Positions 10,918 to 20,803 of a stretch of DNA of 64,000 nucleotides are shown here, in pieces. The number at the start of each line of letters is the position of its first letter. Within the stretch, counting starts at the first letter, position 1. The notes beneath the pieces are model-generated. The model saw only the letters and a list, made by a program, of their open reading frames with translations, was not told the DNA's origin and searched no databases. The stretch comes from Flavobacteriales bacterium. GTDB lineage: Bacteria > Bacteroidota > Bacteroidia > Flavobacteriales_F > PHOS-HE28. The DNA lies in contig JAHBUL010000001.1 of the NCBI GenBank assembly GCA_019638085.1, positions 127,630 to 191,629 of the forward strand, read 5' to 3'. The position numbers were made by a program, and so were the translations under genes.

Positions 10918-11745
10918 ATGCGAAGAGCTGTAAACATCTCGAAGAACTGGAAGCATGTGTTGATCGCATGTTTGATCTCGCCGACGGTGGAGGCGCAGGT
11001 GGATGGCTTCAACAAGGGCGCTGGCAACGTGGACGTGGTCGTATCCTTCAGCTATGAAAAAGGCTTGGGCTATTGCTTGGCGGACGGGAACGTGGCCATA
11101 AAGCGAAATACGATAGCAGCCACCCTCTTTGCAGCTGGCGGTCTAACGGAGGACCTGGATCTGCAATTGAACATCCCGTTCATCTCGAACTCGACCGAAT
11201 CCGATTTCCAGGATGTGCAAGCCTTCCTGAAATGGTTACCGATGAAAACCGCGATGGGTAACGGCAAGCTGGCAATGGGCCCGGCCTTGGGCTATAGCGT
11301 GCCGGTAACGGACTACCAGACGGAAGGCGTGAACGCGATCGGCCAAGAAGCTACGAGCATAATTCCCATGGGCGTAATGCAGTACAGCCGGAATAACGGC
11401 TATTTCACCAGCTTGGTCGGCGGTTACATAGTTGCATCGGAGCCCACTCCGGACGCACTGGTCGGTACCTTACGTTTCGGGCATTTCAATACCGTGCATT
11501 ATTGGGAACTCTATCTACAAGGCCAAAGGGCGGATGGTGGAAAGAATTATCGCGGCACCGGGGACCTTGCACCAACAAGCTTCAAGGAATTGGGGGTTGA
11601 CTTCCTGAAGGTTGGCGGGAAGTACTACAAACCTATTGGTTCACGTATCGGGATAGTGGCAGAGGCGAGCTATGTACTCAGTGGTCGCAACGTGGACCAG
11701 GCCGTAATGGGCGCACTTTCGGTGGTCATTCACTTCCGGGAGTAG
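10918..11745 (+). CDS. Hypothetical outer-membrane beta-barrel-like protein
   Basis: N-terminal signal (ACLISPTVEAQ) and alternating amphipathic beta-strand pattern; start at internal Met 10918. Confidence 0.5.
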   Translation: MRRAVNISKNWKHVLIACLISPTVEAQVDGFNKGAGNVDVVVSFSYEKGLGYCLADGNVAIKRNTIAATLFAAGGLTEDLDLQLNIPFISNSTESDFQDVQAFLKWLPMKTAMGNGKLAMGPALGYSVPVTDYQTEGVNAIGQEATSIIPMGVMQYSRNNGYFTSLVGGYIVASEPTPDALVGTLRFGHFNTVHYWELYLQGQRADGGKNYRGTGDLAPTSFKELGVDFLKVGGKYYKPIGSRIGIVAEASYVLSGRNVDQAVMGALSVVIHFRE

Positions 11746-11789
11746 TCCGGATAGGGATGCACCAAGATGTTTTGAGAACACATTCCGGG

Positions 11790-12254
11790 TTAAACCCCGA
11801 ATTGCTCCAAGTGGTGGTCGATGTGTTTGTAGAACAGATTGCTCCATTCACGAGCGGTAAGTGGGCCGAATGAGGGTGAGTTCTTGCCGTTGAAGTGCGC
11901 GCTGCCCAAGGCTTGTGTCGTGTTCATGTAGGCGATCGTTCGGTCCTTCTCATTCATGAAATCCACTTCATTGCTGACCAGGAAGGCAGGTGCTGTACGG
12001 GAGTTTCGTCGGTACTTCCCTTCGCCCACCACCACTTTTTTCAAGAAGGTGCGCAGTAGTAGCCGTACGAAAGCGTTCGGCGGCGGATGCTTCGTGTCGT
12101 AGTGGGTATCGTACGCCATTTCGTAGATCCGATTGCAGTGGGCCAGCATTTGCGCTGCGTCCATTTTGCCCCACTGGGGCCGGGTCTCAGGCGTTAGCCT
12201 TTCGATGCGTGAGACCACCTCATCGGAAATCGCCTTGTCGAAGATGTTCTTCAT
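11790..12254 (-). CDS. Hypothetical protein (DUF1569-like), divergent from egtB
   Basis: ORF starting MKNIFDKAISDEVVSRIERL; family assignment tentative. Confidence 0.5.
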   Translation of the reverse strand: MKNIFDKAISDEVVSRIERLTPETRPQWGKMDAAQMLAHCNRIYEMAYDTHYDTKHPPPNAFVRLLLRTFLKKVVVGEGKYRRNSRTAPAFLVSNEVDFMNEKDRTIAYMNTTQALGSAHFNGKNSPSFGPLTAREWSNLFYKHIDHHLEQFGV

Positions 12255-12369
12255 GTTGTATAGCTTGCAAGGGCGAACCCACGCACAAAATAGCGTCAGG
12301 AACGTGCTGGAAGAGCGACGATCGAGTCCGGTCGTCGAACAAACCAAGCCCACTACGCGTCATGCAATT

Positions 12370-13644
12370 ATGCAGAACACGATGAAAGATGAACACCCAG
12401 CAGCAGTGGTGAACATCCCCGGATCCGGCGCGTCTGAGGGGATCGCACCGGCACCGGTTGACCCACAACTACGCTTTCAGGCCGTGCGTGATCGCACCGT
12501 TGCTATTTGTGCTCCGCTCAAAGTGGAGGATCATGTCATTCAGCCTGTTACCTATGTCTCACCCCCGAAGTGGCATCTGGCTCACACCACATGGTTCTTC
12601 GAGCAATTCATCCTGAAGGATAGCAAGGAGTATGAGCTGTTCAATGAGGATATGGCCTACATGTTCAACAGCTACTACGAGCATGTGGGGAAGCGCGTGC
12701 TGCGGGGTGATAGAGGGAACATGACCCGTCCAACACTGGAAGAGGTGCATGCCTATCGCCAGCATGTGGATGATGCGATGAACAAATTCCTCGCCGGCGG
12801 AGAGGCAAGCGAAGAGCAACTGCGGATCTTGGAACTCGGCCTCAACCACGAGGAGCAGCACCAGGAACTGCTGGTGACTGATTTGAAATACATCCTCGGG
12901 AACAACCCGCTGTTCCCGGTGTACGACGACTTCACCGAGAGCCGCCCGGAAAAGACCAAGGGTGACTTTATCCAGATCAACGGCGGCCTGTATTCCATCG
13001 GTTCCGAAGGAGAAGGCTTCAGTTTCGACAATGAGCATGCACGGCACCAAGTGTACGTGGATGATTTTGAGATCAGCGACCGCTTGGTGACCAACGGTGA
13101 ATTTCTGGCATTCATGGACGATGGCGGATACGCGGACTTCAACCATTGGCACAGTGATGGCTGGCAGTGGGTGAAGGACAACCAAGTACAAGCGCCGATG
13201 TACTGGCACAAAGTGGATGGCACTTGGCATTATTACACGCTGAAGGGCTTGACCGTGGTGGAGCCTAAGATGCCGCTCTGCCACATCTCCTTTTATGAGG
13301 CGTTTGCCTTTGCGGAATGGAGCGGAAAGCGCCTGCCTACCGAGGCGGAATGGGAAGTGGCGAACACAAGGTTCCAATGGGGCCAGCGCTGGGAATGGAC
13401 GAATAGCGCCTACCTGCCGTATCCGGGGTACAAGCGCGTTCCCGGTGCGCTGGGTGAATACAACGGCAAGTTCATGGTGAACCAAATGGTGTTGCGTGGT
13501 GCTTCAGTGGCCACCGCACCAAACCATTCGCGGGGAACGTATCGCAACTTCTTTCAGCCGGACCTGCGGTGGCAGCACTCGGGGCTGCGGTTGGCGAAGG
13601 ATGGAACTGTAAAAAAGGGATCGGGTGAACAGAAAACCGGATGA
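12370..13644 (+). CDS. egtB: Ergothioneine biosynthesis sulfoxide synthase EgtB (DinB_2 + FGE-sulfatase domains)
   Basis: Iron-binding HX3HXE motif (NHEEQHQE) in the N-terminal DinB-like domain and an FGE-type C-terminal domain (WEWTNSAY...GASVAT); start at internal Met 12370. Confidence 0.85.
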   Translation: MQNTMKDEHPAAVVNIPGSGASEGIAPAPVDPQLRFQAVRDRTVAICAPLKVEDHVIQPVTYVSPPKWHLAHTTWFFEQFILKDSKEYELFNEDMAYMFNSYYEHVGKRVLRGDRGNMTRPTLEEVHAYRQHVDDAMNKFLAGGEASEEQLRILELGLNHEEQHQELLVTDLKYILGNNPLFPVYDDFTESRPEKTKGDFIQINGGLYSIGSEGEGFSFDNEHARHQVYVDDFEISDRLVTNGEFLAFMDDGGYADFNHWHSDGWQWVKDNQVQAPMYWHKVDGTWHYYTLKGLTVVEPKMPLCHISFYEAFAFAEWSGKRLPTEAEWEVANTRFQWGQRWEWTNSAYLPYPGYKRVPGALGEYNGKFMVNQMVLRGASVATAPNHSRGTYRNFFQPDLRWQHSGLRLAKDGTVKKGSGEQKTG

Positions 13645-13651
13645 TCGGAAA

Positions 13652-14641
13652 ATGAAGGACGTGCTCGAAAAGACATCGGCAGCGACGGAAGAGTTCCGGG
13701 CGCATGTGCTTGCTGGACTTGCCAGCACACCGAAGAGGATCAGCTCGCGATATTTCTATGATGCTGAAGGCGACCGGCTCTTTCAGCAGATCATGGCCTC
13801 GGAGGATTATTATGTGACCCGTGCTGAGAATGAGATCTTACGGGATCAAACAGATGCGGTCCTCACGGCCTTGGCCAACGGACATCAACGCTTTTCCCTT
13901 TTCGAACTGGGTGCCGGTGATGGGGCGAAGACCAAGCATTTGTTAAGGCGCGCACTGGAGATGGGGCGCGATCCGCTCTATCGTCCCATTGACATTTCCG
14001 AGAATGCATTGGAACAATTAGGCACGACATTGAAGAAGGAACTTCCCGCACTTCGCTACCACGCGGAACAAGGTGAATATTTCGAGGCGATCGAACGGAG
14101 CTTCACTGATCCGTCCGAGGCGAAGGCCGTACTTTTCCTCGGTTCCAACATAGGAAATCTCGAACATGAGAGGGCCGTTGAATTACTGAAAGGGGTAGCG
14201 CAAAACCTCGGGCCGAACGACCGGTTCCTTGTCGGCTTTGACAGGAAGAAGGATCCCGCGACCATACGGCGTGCCTATAACGATAGCGAAGGCCATACAC
14301 GCGACTTCAACCTGAACTTGCTACGGCGGATAAACAATGAACTCGGTGCAGATCTCGATCTGGACCACTTCATCCACACACCCGTCTATGATCCCTCCAG
14401 CGGCCGCGCACTCAGCTACATCGTGAGCACCCGTGATCAGCAGGTCCATGTCCCTGGCTCGGAGCGGACCTTCCACTTCAAAGCATGGGAAGCACTGCAT
14501 ACGGAGATCAGCCAGAAGTACGATGATGAGATGATCGCCGATCTCGCCAAGCGCTCAGGCCTGAGGATCGCCGATCAATTCACGGACAGCAAAGGCTACT
14601 TCTCCGATGTTGTATTCGCACCTAAAGAGACGATGTCATGA
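13652..14641 (+). CDS. egtD: L-histidine N-alpha-methyltransferase EgtD
   Basis: Histidine-specific SAM methyltransferase signature (YFYDAEGDRLF, LFELGAGDG, FLGSNIGN); starts 8 nt after the egtB stop. Confidence 0.85.
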   Translation: MKDVLEKTSAATEEFRAHVLAGLASTPKRISSRYFYDAEGDRLFQQIMASEDYYVTRAENEILRDQTDAVLTALANGHQRFSLFELGAGDGAKTKHLLRRALEMGRDPLYRPIDISENALEQLGTTLKKELPALRYHAEQGEYFEAIERSFTDPSEAKAVLFLGSNIGNLEHERAVELLKGVAQNLGPNDRFLVGFDRKKDPATIRRAYNDSEGHTRDFNLNLLRRINNELGADLDLDHFIHTPVYDPSSGRALSYIVSTRDQQVHVPGSERTFHFKAWEALHTEISQKYDDEMIADLAKRSGLRIADQFTDSKGYFSDVVFAPKETMS

Positions 14642-14919
14642 AAGCTTTATGGAACGGCAAGACACTTGCCGAAAGCGACGATACGGTGGTGGTGGAAGGC
14701 AACCACTACTTTCCCGAGGACGCGATCAAGAAGGAATACTTCAAGCCGTCCACCACGCACACGCACGACCCATGGCGAGGTGAGGCGAGCTACTATACAT
14801 TGGAGGTGGACGGCAAGCGGAACCCGGATGCCGCCTGGTACTATCCCACGCCGCTGGACACCGTGAAGGAGGTCAAAGGGCGAGTGGCGTTCTGGAAGGG
14901 GGTTACCGTGGAGGGATAA
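14638..14919 (+). CDS. DUF427 domain protein
   Basis: ATGA overlap with the egtD stop; sequence DDTVVVEGNHYFP...ASYYTLEVDG is typical of DUF427. Confidence 0.7.
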   Translation: MKALWNGKTLAESDDTVVVEGNHYFPEDAIKKEYFKPSTTHTHDPWRGEASYYTLEVDGKRNPDAAWYYPTPLDTVKEVKGRVAFWKGVTVEG

Positions 14920-15010
14920 CCGCAGCGCATAGTTATCAGTTGCTCATTCTCAGTTGTCAAGGGTGACTGCGGATGACAACTTCGTGTTCTTTGTGGAAGA
15001 AGCGGACCCG

Positions 15011-16084
15011 TCACTTGCTGGTCAACGCTTTCACCAGTCGCTCCACATCCTCCTCGTCATTGTAGAAGTGGATCCCGATGCGGATGCCCGCGCCACGCAA
15101 CTGAGCCTGCACACCGGCCTCGCGCATTTTCGTCAAATGCTTTTCATCGCCTTCAATGATCAGGATCCCGCCACGCGTTGCCGGGTCCGTGCCGTTCAGC
15201 ACGCGCACACCAGCCTTCTGGAGCTGATCAACCGCAAGGTCACAGAGTTGCAAGAGGCGCTCCCTGACGGCATCGGCTCCAATGGCCAAGGACCGCTCCA
15301 CGGCATCACTCAGGCGCACCAGTGCGATCGGGTCCAAGTGGCCTTCACAAAGTGCTCCGATGGGGTCGAAGCCGTTCTTTTCCGATAGTTCCGTACGCAC
15401 TGTTTCCGAGAGGTGGAAGAAGCCATTTCCAAAACCTGCCAAAGGCCATTTGTATCCGCTGGAACCAACGATGTCAACGGGTGTGCGTCGCAGATCAATG
15501 GGCACGCTGCACCAGGACTGCGTGATATCCACCACGGACCAAGTTCCATGCGCACGGCACAATTCCGTCAATGCGTGCAGATCGATCATGAAGCCCGTCT
15601 GCCATTGCACATGGCTGATCGCCACGAGCTGTGGACGTTCACGTTGGATCGCCGCAGCCAGCACATCCATCGGGATCGTTCCGTCAGCAGCCGGCTCCAC
15701 TGCGACGATATCAAATCCGTTCCACTTGAACGGCGCATGCAGTGTGGGGTAATCCCCACCAACGAGCAGCACTTTCCTCCGGTGCTTCAGCATGGGTGCC
15801 AAGCGTGCCATCCCACCGGTGAAGTTCTGCAGCAAGGCCATTCCAGAAGCATTGCCACCCACATGCCGCGCAACGAGGCCCACGACATCCGCTTTTCCTT
15901 TCCCGTGCCAATGCATGAAGCGGGCGGAACCCTCCATCATCAGGCGCTCCTGCTCCTTGCGCGCCGCTTCTTCCGTGGAGCGTGCGATCAGGCCGCAGGA
16001 GGAGGTGTCCACATATGTGCCGCGTTCCAGACCGGGATAGTCCTTGCGGACCAGATCCCAGTTCGAGGTGTTCCGGTCTTCCAT
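15011..16084 (-). CDS. Class-V PLP-dependent aminotransferase/C-S lyase-like enzyme (candidate EgtE)
   Basis: Aminotransferase class V fold with PLP-lysine motif SSGYKW; convergent with the egtB-egtD-DUF427 unit. Confidence 0.75.
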   Translation of the reverse strand: MEDRNTSNWDLVRKDYPGLERGTYVDTSSCGLIARSTEEAARKEQERLMMEGSARFMHWHGKGKADVVGLVARHVGGNASGMALLQNFTGGMARLAPMLKHRRKVLLVGGDYPTLHAPFKWNGFDIVAVEPAADGTIPMDVLAAAIQRERPQLVAISHVQWQTGFMIDLHALTELCRAHGTWSVVDITQSWCSVPIDLRRTPVDIVGSSGYKWPLAGFGNGFFHLSETVRTELSEKNGFDPIGALCEGHLDPIALVRLSDAVERSLAIGADAVRERLLQLCDLAVDQLQKAGVRVLNGTDPATRGGILIIEGDEKHLTKMREAGVQAQLRGAGIRIGIHFYNDEEDVERLVKALTSK

Positions 16085-16300
16085 GGTGCGAAGGTCGGAA
16101 TGGGAAGACCATTTGCGATGAAAAAGGGCTGACTGAGGTTACATGTCGTTCGGGGGCGACCTTGCTGCGGAGTATGCACCGCGCGCCCTGTACATCCGTG
16201 CTCGGACGATAGTGGCACGACCCAACGTCAGGAATGCCAAACCTGCGGGACTACCTTGTGCGGAGGCGGGGCTTCATCCCGGTTCGAAAACCAAAAGCAC

Positions 16301-17047
16301 ATGACCAAGTCGACCCAGGAAAAGCCCGATTTCACAGGACTCAAGGCAATGTTCGTCAACTGTACACTGAAGCGGTCACCACAAAAAAGTCACACTTCCA
16401 AGCTGATCGAAGTATCCAAAGCGATCATGGAAAAGGAACGGGTTTCGGTGGAGGAGATCCGTTTGGTGGACCACGATGTGGCCAGTGGCATTTATCCGGA
16501 CATGAGGGAACACGGCTGGAAAACCGATGAATGGCCAACGCTTTTCAGGAAGCTTTTTGCGGCGGATATCCTCGTGGTCGGCACGCCGATCTGGTTGGGT
16601 GAAAAATCATCCATTGCGCAAAAGCTGATCGAACGCCTCTACGCCATGAGCGGCAAGACCAACGAGCAAGGCCAGTACCTGTACTATGGCAAGGTGGGTG
16701 GCTGTGTGGTCACGGGCAACGAGGATGGCATAAAGCATTGTGCCATGGGCATCTTGTACTCCCTACAGCATGTGGGGTATTCCATACCGCCGCAAGCGGA
16801 TTGTGGTTGGATCGGTGAAGTCGGACCGGGGCCTAGCTACGGCGACACTGAATGGAAGGGAAAGAAAGCGGACCCTCCCGTCGGCTTCGATTCCGATTTC
16901 ACCAACAGGAATACCACGTTCATGACCTACAATCTGTTGCACTTGGCAGCGATGTTGAAGAAGCAAGGCGGTTATCCCAATTATGGCAACTCCCGCGAGG
17001 CGTGGGATGAGGGTGAGCGTTGGGGTTTCCAACCCCGGAACCGTTGA
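16301..17047 (+). CDS. NADPH-dependent FMN reductase (flavodoxin-like fold)
   Basis: ADILVVGTPIWLGEKSS motif typical of the FMN_red family. Confidence 0.75.
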   Translation: MTKSTQEKPDFTGLKAMFVNCTLKRSPQKSHTSKLIEVSKAIMEKERVSVEEIRLVDHDVASGIYPDMREHGWKTDEWPTLFRKLFAADILVVGTPIWLGEKSSIAQKLIERLYAMSGKTNEQGQYLYYGKVGGCVVTGNEDGIKHCAMGILYSLQHVGYSIPPQADCGWIGEVGPGPSYGDTEWKGKKADPPVGFDSDFTNRNTTFMTYNLLHLAAMLKKQGGYPNYGNSREAWDEGERWGFQPRNR

Positions 17048-17114
17048 TCCCCAATGCCCCGGGCCACTATCAGTTCACCTCTTTGGCGCTACGCTCTTGC
17101 ACTCTCGCCCCTCT

Positions 17115-18335
17115 TCACTCCTTCTTCAACCACGTCACCACTTCCACTGTTTCGTGTAGAGTGCGATGCACCGGGCATCGATCGGCTATCTCCAACAAGC
17201 GCTTTCGCTGGGTATCGTCCAGATCTCCATGCAGTTCCACCATGCGCTCGAAGCGGTCGATCTTTCCGTTAGTGCCTTCCACGCAACTTTCGCAATCCTC
17301 AGCGTGGATCTTACCATGTTTCAGGTGAACGTAGGCTTCTTGCAGGTCCCACTTCTTTCGCTCGGCATACATCTTCATGGTCATTGCGGTGCAGGCACCC
17401 AGCGCAGCGCTCAGTAGATCATAGGGCGTAGGGCCGTAGTTGCTTCCCCCCACGCTTTCGGGCTCATCCGCCGTTAGGTGATGGCCACCGGCGAGGATCT
17501 GTGTGGTGTATTTCTCATTTGCGATGTGTACCACCACGGGCATGTCACTGTGCAGCTCTTCCTGTGGTTGCTCTTGTGTCAAATAGCGCTTCGACCAGGC
17601 GGCGATCATGCTGCCGGCATAATTGGAATCCGTGTTGTTGCTGAGTAAATGATCGGCACCGTCCAAACTGAGAAAGCTCTTCGGATGTCGTGCGGCTGCG
17701 AACAGCACGGCTGCATTGGCGATGCCCACCACGGTGTCCTGCGGGCTGTGGGCAATAAGGATGGGCTTGCGCAGATCGCCGAGGATGCTGGAGAGGTCCC
17801 GCTTCTCAAGGTCGTCCAGAAAGCCCTTCGCAATGGTGAACGCTCTCCCGCCGATGTTCACCTCGGCATGTCCTTCCGTCTTGATCTTTTCCAGATCTCC
17901 GCTGAACAATTTCTTGATGTGCCCCACATCGCCCGGCGCTCCGATAGTTGCCACGGCCTTGATGTTCTCCGCCTCGGAACCCGCCACGATGGCCGCCGCA
18001 CCACCCAGCGAATGCCCGATGAGCAAAGCAGGTTCCATGTGCTCGGTCTTCAGGTAGTCCATGGCAGCGTGAAGGTCGGCCACGTTGCTGCTGAAGTTGG
18101 TCTCACTGAATTCACCATCGCTCTGTCCCAGACCGGTGAAGTCGAAGCGTAGCACGCCAAAACCCGCACCGGTGAGTGCGCGGCTGATGTTGCGCACCGC
18201 ATGGAGGTCCTTGCTGCAGGTGAAGCAATGCGCGAAGAGTGCGAAGTGGATCGGCTTGCGATCCGCAGGCAGGTCGATACGAGCACTGAGCATGGTGCCC
18301 TCGGCATTGGGAAAGGTGATCGGGGTGCTTTTCAT
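17115..18335 (-). CDS. Alpha/beta-hydrolase fused to OsmC/Ohr-family peroxiredoxin-like domain
   Basis: GHSLGG nucleophile-elbow in the N-terminal half; OsmC-like C-terminal half with conserved Cys (GACTAMT). Confidence 0.8.
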   Translation of the reverse strand: MKSTPITFPNAEGTMLSARIDLPADRKPIHFALFAHCFTCSKDLHAVRNISRALTGAGFGVLRFDFTGLGQSDGEFSETNFSSNVADLHAAMDYLKTEHMEPALLIGHSLGGAAAIVAGSEAENIKAVATIGAPGDVGHIKKLFSGDLEKIKTEGHAEVNIGGRAFTIAKGFLDDLEKRDLSSILGDLRKPILIAHSPQDTVVGIANAAVLFAAARHPKSFLSLDGADHLLSNNTDSNYAGSMIAAWSKRYLTQEQPQEELHSDMPVVVHIANEKYTTQILAGGHHLTADEPESVGGSNYGPTPYDLLSAALGACTAMTMKMYAERKKWDLQEAYVHLKHGKIHAEDCESCVEGTNGKIDRFERMVELHGDLDDTQRKRLLEIADRCPVHRTLHETVEVVTWLKKE

Positions 18336-18564
18336 GTTACTTCGATGAAGGGCTATTGGCCGCTGGTCCTGCGTTCTGCTGCCAGTGATCATGGGTGGAT
18401 GGAATGTCAAATAGGTCTCTTTCAGGCACCCTTGTCGAGAGCACGAGCTATACGGTTTTGCCTACAACTTAATGCTATATGGACAAGGTCGAGGTACTTC
18501 TTGTTCCTGACGGGTTATCACAACATTCTTGATCACTATAAGCAGCACCGATAGCTTTGTCGGC

Positions 18565-19143
18565 ATGCCAATTGCCTACCACACTGTGGAAAAGCGCGAG
18601 TTCAACGAATGGGTGCATGCGCACACCGGCGACCTGCTCCGTTATGCCAAGACGCGCGTGCGGGAGGAGGCTGAGGCCGAGGACCTGGTTCAATCGGCAT
18701 TCGTTGCCGCTTGGGAAGGACGAAAGAAATACGCGCAGCAAAGCAGCCCGCGCACGTGGCTTTTCTCAATTCTGAAGAACAAGATCGCCGACCATTGGCG
18801 CAAGGCCTACCGGGATCCCGTGGTCCATGGCCAGGAGCCGGTGGACGCGGACTTCTTCGGTGACAACGGGCGCTGGGCCCCGGGACATATACCGGCAGAA
18901 TGGGGACTCGGTGGGCCGGACCAAGCGGAACAGATGCATCGCTTCCTCGCCGATTGTCTCCGGCTATTGCCGTCCCATTGGCGGGCAGTGGTTGAAATGA
19001 AGTTCCTGAAAGACAAGGATGCCGAGTTGATCTGTCAGGAGCTTGGGATCAGCGCGACGAACTACTGGCAACAGATACACAGGGCCAAGGTGCGGCTGCG
19101 CGAATGCATCAGCACCAAGATCACGAAAGACAACCACCACTGA
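18565..19143 (+). CDS. ECF-subfamily RNA polymerase sigma factor
   Basis: Sigma-70 regions 2 and 4 (DLVQSAFVAAWE...; ELICQELGIS...WQQIHRAKVRLR). Confidence 0.85.
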   Translation: MPIAYHTVEKREFNEWVHAHTGDLLRYAKTRVREEAEAEDLVQSAFVAAWEGRKKYAQQSSPRTWLFSILKNKIADHWRKAYRDPVVHGQEPVDADFFGDNGRWAPGHIPAEWGLGGPDQAEQMHRFLADCLRLLPSHWRAVVEMKFLKDKDAELICQELGISATNYWQQIHRAKVRLRECISTKITKDNHH

Positions 19144-19144
19144 T

Positions 19145-19402
19145 ATGGGACTTATGCAAACCCTCATGCTCTCCTGCCGCAAGGCTGCCGAGCTTACCGA
19201 GCGGCAGTCCTTTGCGCCGCTACCTGCGGTACAGGGATTCCAGCTTTGGATGCACACCCGGATCTGTGCCGGTTGCCAGGCCTACCAGCGGCAGAGCAAA
19301 CGGATCGACTTGCTCCTCGAACAACGCGGCACGGAGACCGCGCTCCGGCCCACAGGGCCCATGGAGGAGCGCATCATTGCAGCGATCAGCTGCAAGAATT
19401 GA
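19145..19402 (+). CDS. Zinc-binding (ZAS-type) anti-sigma factor
   Basis: Starts 1 nt after the sigma stop; HX3CX2C motif HTRICAGC. Confidence 0.65.
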   Translation: MGLMQTLMLSCRKAAELTERQSFAPLPAVQGFQLWMHTRICAGCQAYQRQSKRIDLLLEQRGTETALRPTGPMEERIIAAISCKN

Positions 19403-19427
19403 AACCACAGAAAAGTATCCGATCACC

Positions 19428-19766
19428 ATGTCAAAGAAGTACTATGACCCTGTAGACCTCGGCAAATTCGGCGACATCGCCGAGTTCCAGAAACCCATGG
19501 CGGATAAATTCTTCGCATGGTACAATGAAGTCTTCAAGGAGGGCGCTCTTACCGCCCGGGAGAAATCCTTGATCGCACTGGCTGTTGCACATGGCGTGCA
19601 ATGCCCGTATTGCATCGATGCATACAGTACCGATGCACTGGAAAAGGGCTGTAGTGAGGCCCAGATGATGGAGGCCGTGCATGTGGCTGCCGCGATCCGT
19701 GGAGGGGCGACATTGGTGCATGGCACGCAAATGATGAATCACGTAAAGGCCCTGACCGGAGCATGA
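19428..19766 (+). CDS. AhpD/carboxymuconolactone-decarboxylase-family peroxidase-like protein (arsenosugar-biosynthesis-associated type)
   Basis: CxxC motif VQCPYCIDAY in an AhpD-like fold; directly precedes the ArsS gene. Confidence 0.75.
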   Translation: MSKKYYDPVDLGKFGDIAEFQKPMADKFFAWYNEVFKEGALTAREKSLIALAVAHGVQCPYCIDAYSTDALEKGCSEAQMMEAVHVAAAIRGGATLVHGTQMMNHVKALTGA

Positions 19767-20803
19767 AGAGCCTGTTGGCACAACAGGCCCTATTGAGCGC
19801 AGCCTCCGAGCAGCGGCGTGTGCTGGAGGACCCGGGTTCGGCGCTGCCTTTTTTTGCCAAAAAACTGGCCGAGAGCGGATTGCCCGAGTTGCGTGCCACC
19901 GAGCTGGAAGTGCTGCAGCTCAACCTCGGCCGCATGTGCAACCAAACCTGTGTACACTGCCATGTGGATGCCGGGCCGGATCGCAAGGAGCGCATGAGCC
20001 GCGAGGTGATGGAGGATTGCCTGCGCTCCTTGGATGCGCACCCCGTGCGTACCGTGGACCTTACTGGAGGCGCCCCTGAGATGCACCCTGATTTCCGCTG
20101 GTTCGTGGAGCGATTGAGCGAAACGGGATGCCACATCATCGTGCGATGCAACCTCACCATCATCCTGGCCAACAAGAAGTACCACGACCTGCCTGAATTC
20201 TACCGGAAGCACCGCGTGGAAGTAGTGAGCTCGCTCCCGTTCTATACTGCCGACCGCACCGATCGCCAACGCGGGAAGGGCGTGTTCGAGCATTCCATCG
20301 AAGCCCTGAAGATGCTGAACGCCGTGGGCTATGGCATGCCCGATAGCGATCTGGAATTGAACTTGGTCTACAATCCGGCCGGCGCATTCTTGCCGGGATC
20401 ACAGGACGAACTGGAGAAGCAGTTCAAGAGAAGTTTGATGGCGGACCATGGGATCCAGTTCCACAAGCTGTTCGCCATCACCAACCTGCCGATCAGCCGA
20501 TTTCTGGAATACCTCGTGCGCACCGAACATTACGTGGGATACATGGAGCGCTTGGTCAACGCCTTCAATCCCGCTGCGGTGGCCGGTGTGATGTGCCGCA
20601 ACATGGTCTCCGTATCGCACGATGGGAGCATCTACGATTGTGACTTCAACCAGATGCTGGACCTGCCGTTGAGCGCTGGAATGCCACGCCACATCCGCGA
20701 CCTGGCCGATGCGAACGTGGCGGGCAGGCTGATCGTGACCGGCAGACATTGTTACGGATGCACCGCCGGCGCGGGCAGTAGTTGTGGCGGCTCCGTGGCA
20801 TGA
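19763..20803 (+). CDS. arsS: ArsS-family radical SAM protein with Cys-rich C-terminal domain
   Basis: Radical SAM CNQTCVHCH cluster motif and C-terminal CYGCTAGAGSSCGGS tail; ATGA overlap with the upstream gene. Confidence 0.8.
   Translation: MKSLLAQQALLSAASEQRRVLEDPGSALPFFAKKLAESGLPELRATELEVLQLNLGRMCNQTCVHCHVDAGPDRKERMSREVMEDCLRSLDAHPVRTVDLTGGAPEMHPDFRWFVERLSETGCHIIVRCNLTIILANKKYHDLPEFYRKHRVEVVSSLPFYTADRTDRQRGKGVFEHSIEALKMLNAVGYGMPDSDLELNLVYNPAGAFLPGSQDELEKQFKRSLMADHGIQFHKLFAITNLPISRFLEYLVRTEHYVGYMERLVNAFNPAAVAGVMCRNMVSVSHDGSIYDCDFNQMLDLPLSAGMPRHIRDLADANVAGRLIVTGRHCYGCTAGAGSSCGGSVA

Noticed and set aside
12559-13485. 308-aa minus-strand ORF
   Set aside because: Antisense to egtB, which has strong motif support. 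No independent features.
15413-16132. 239-aa plus-strand ORF
   Set aside because: Antisense to the class-V aminotransferase gene, which carries the PLP-lysine motif.
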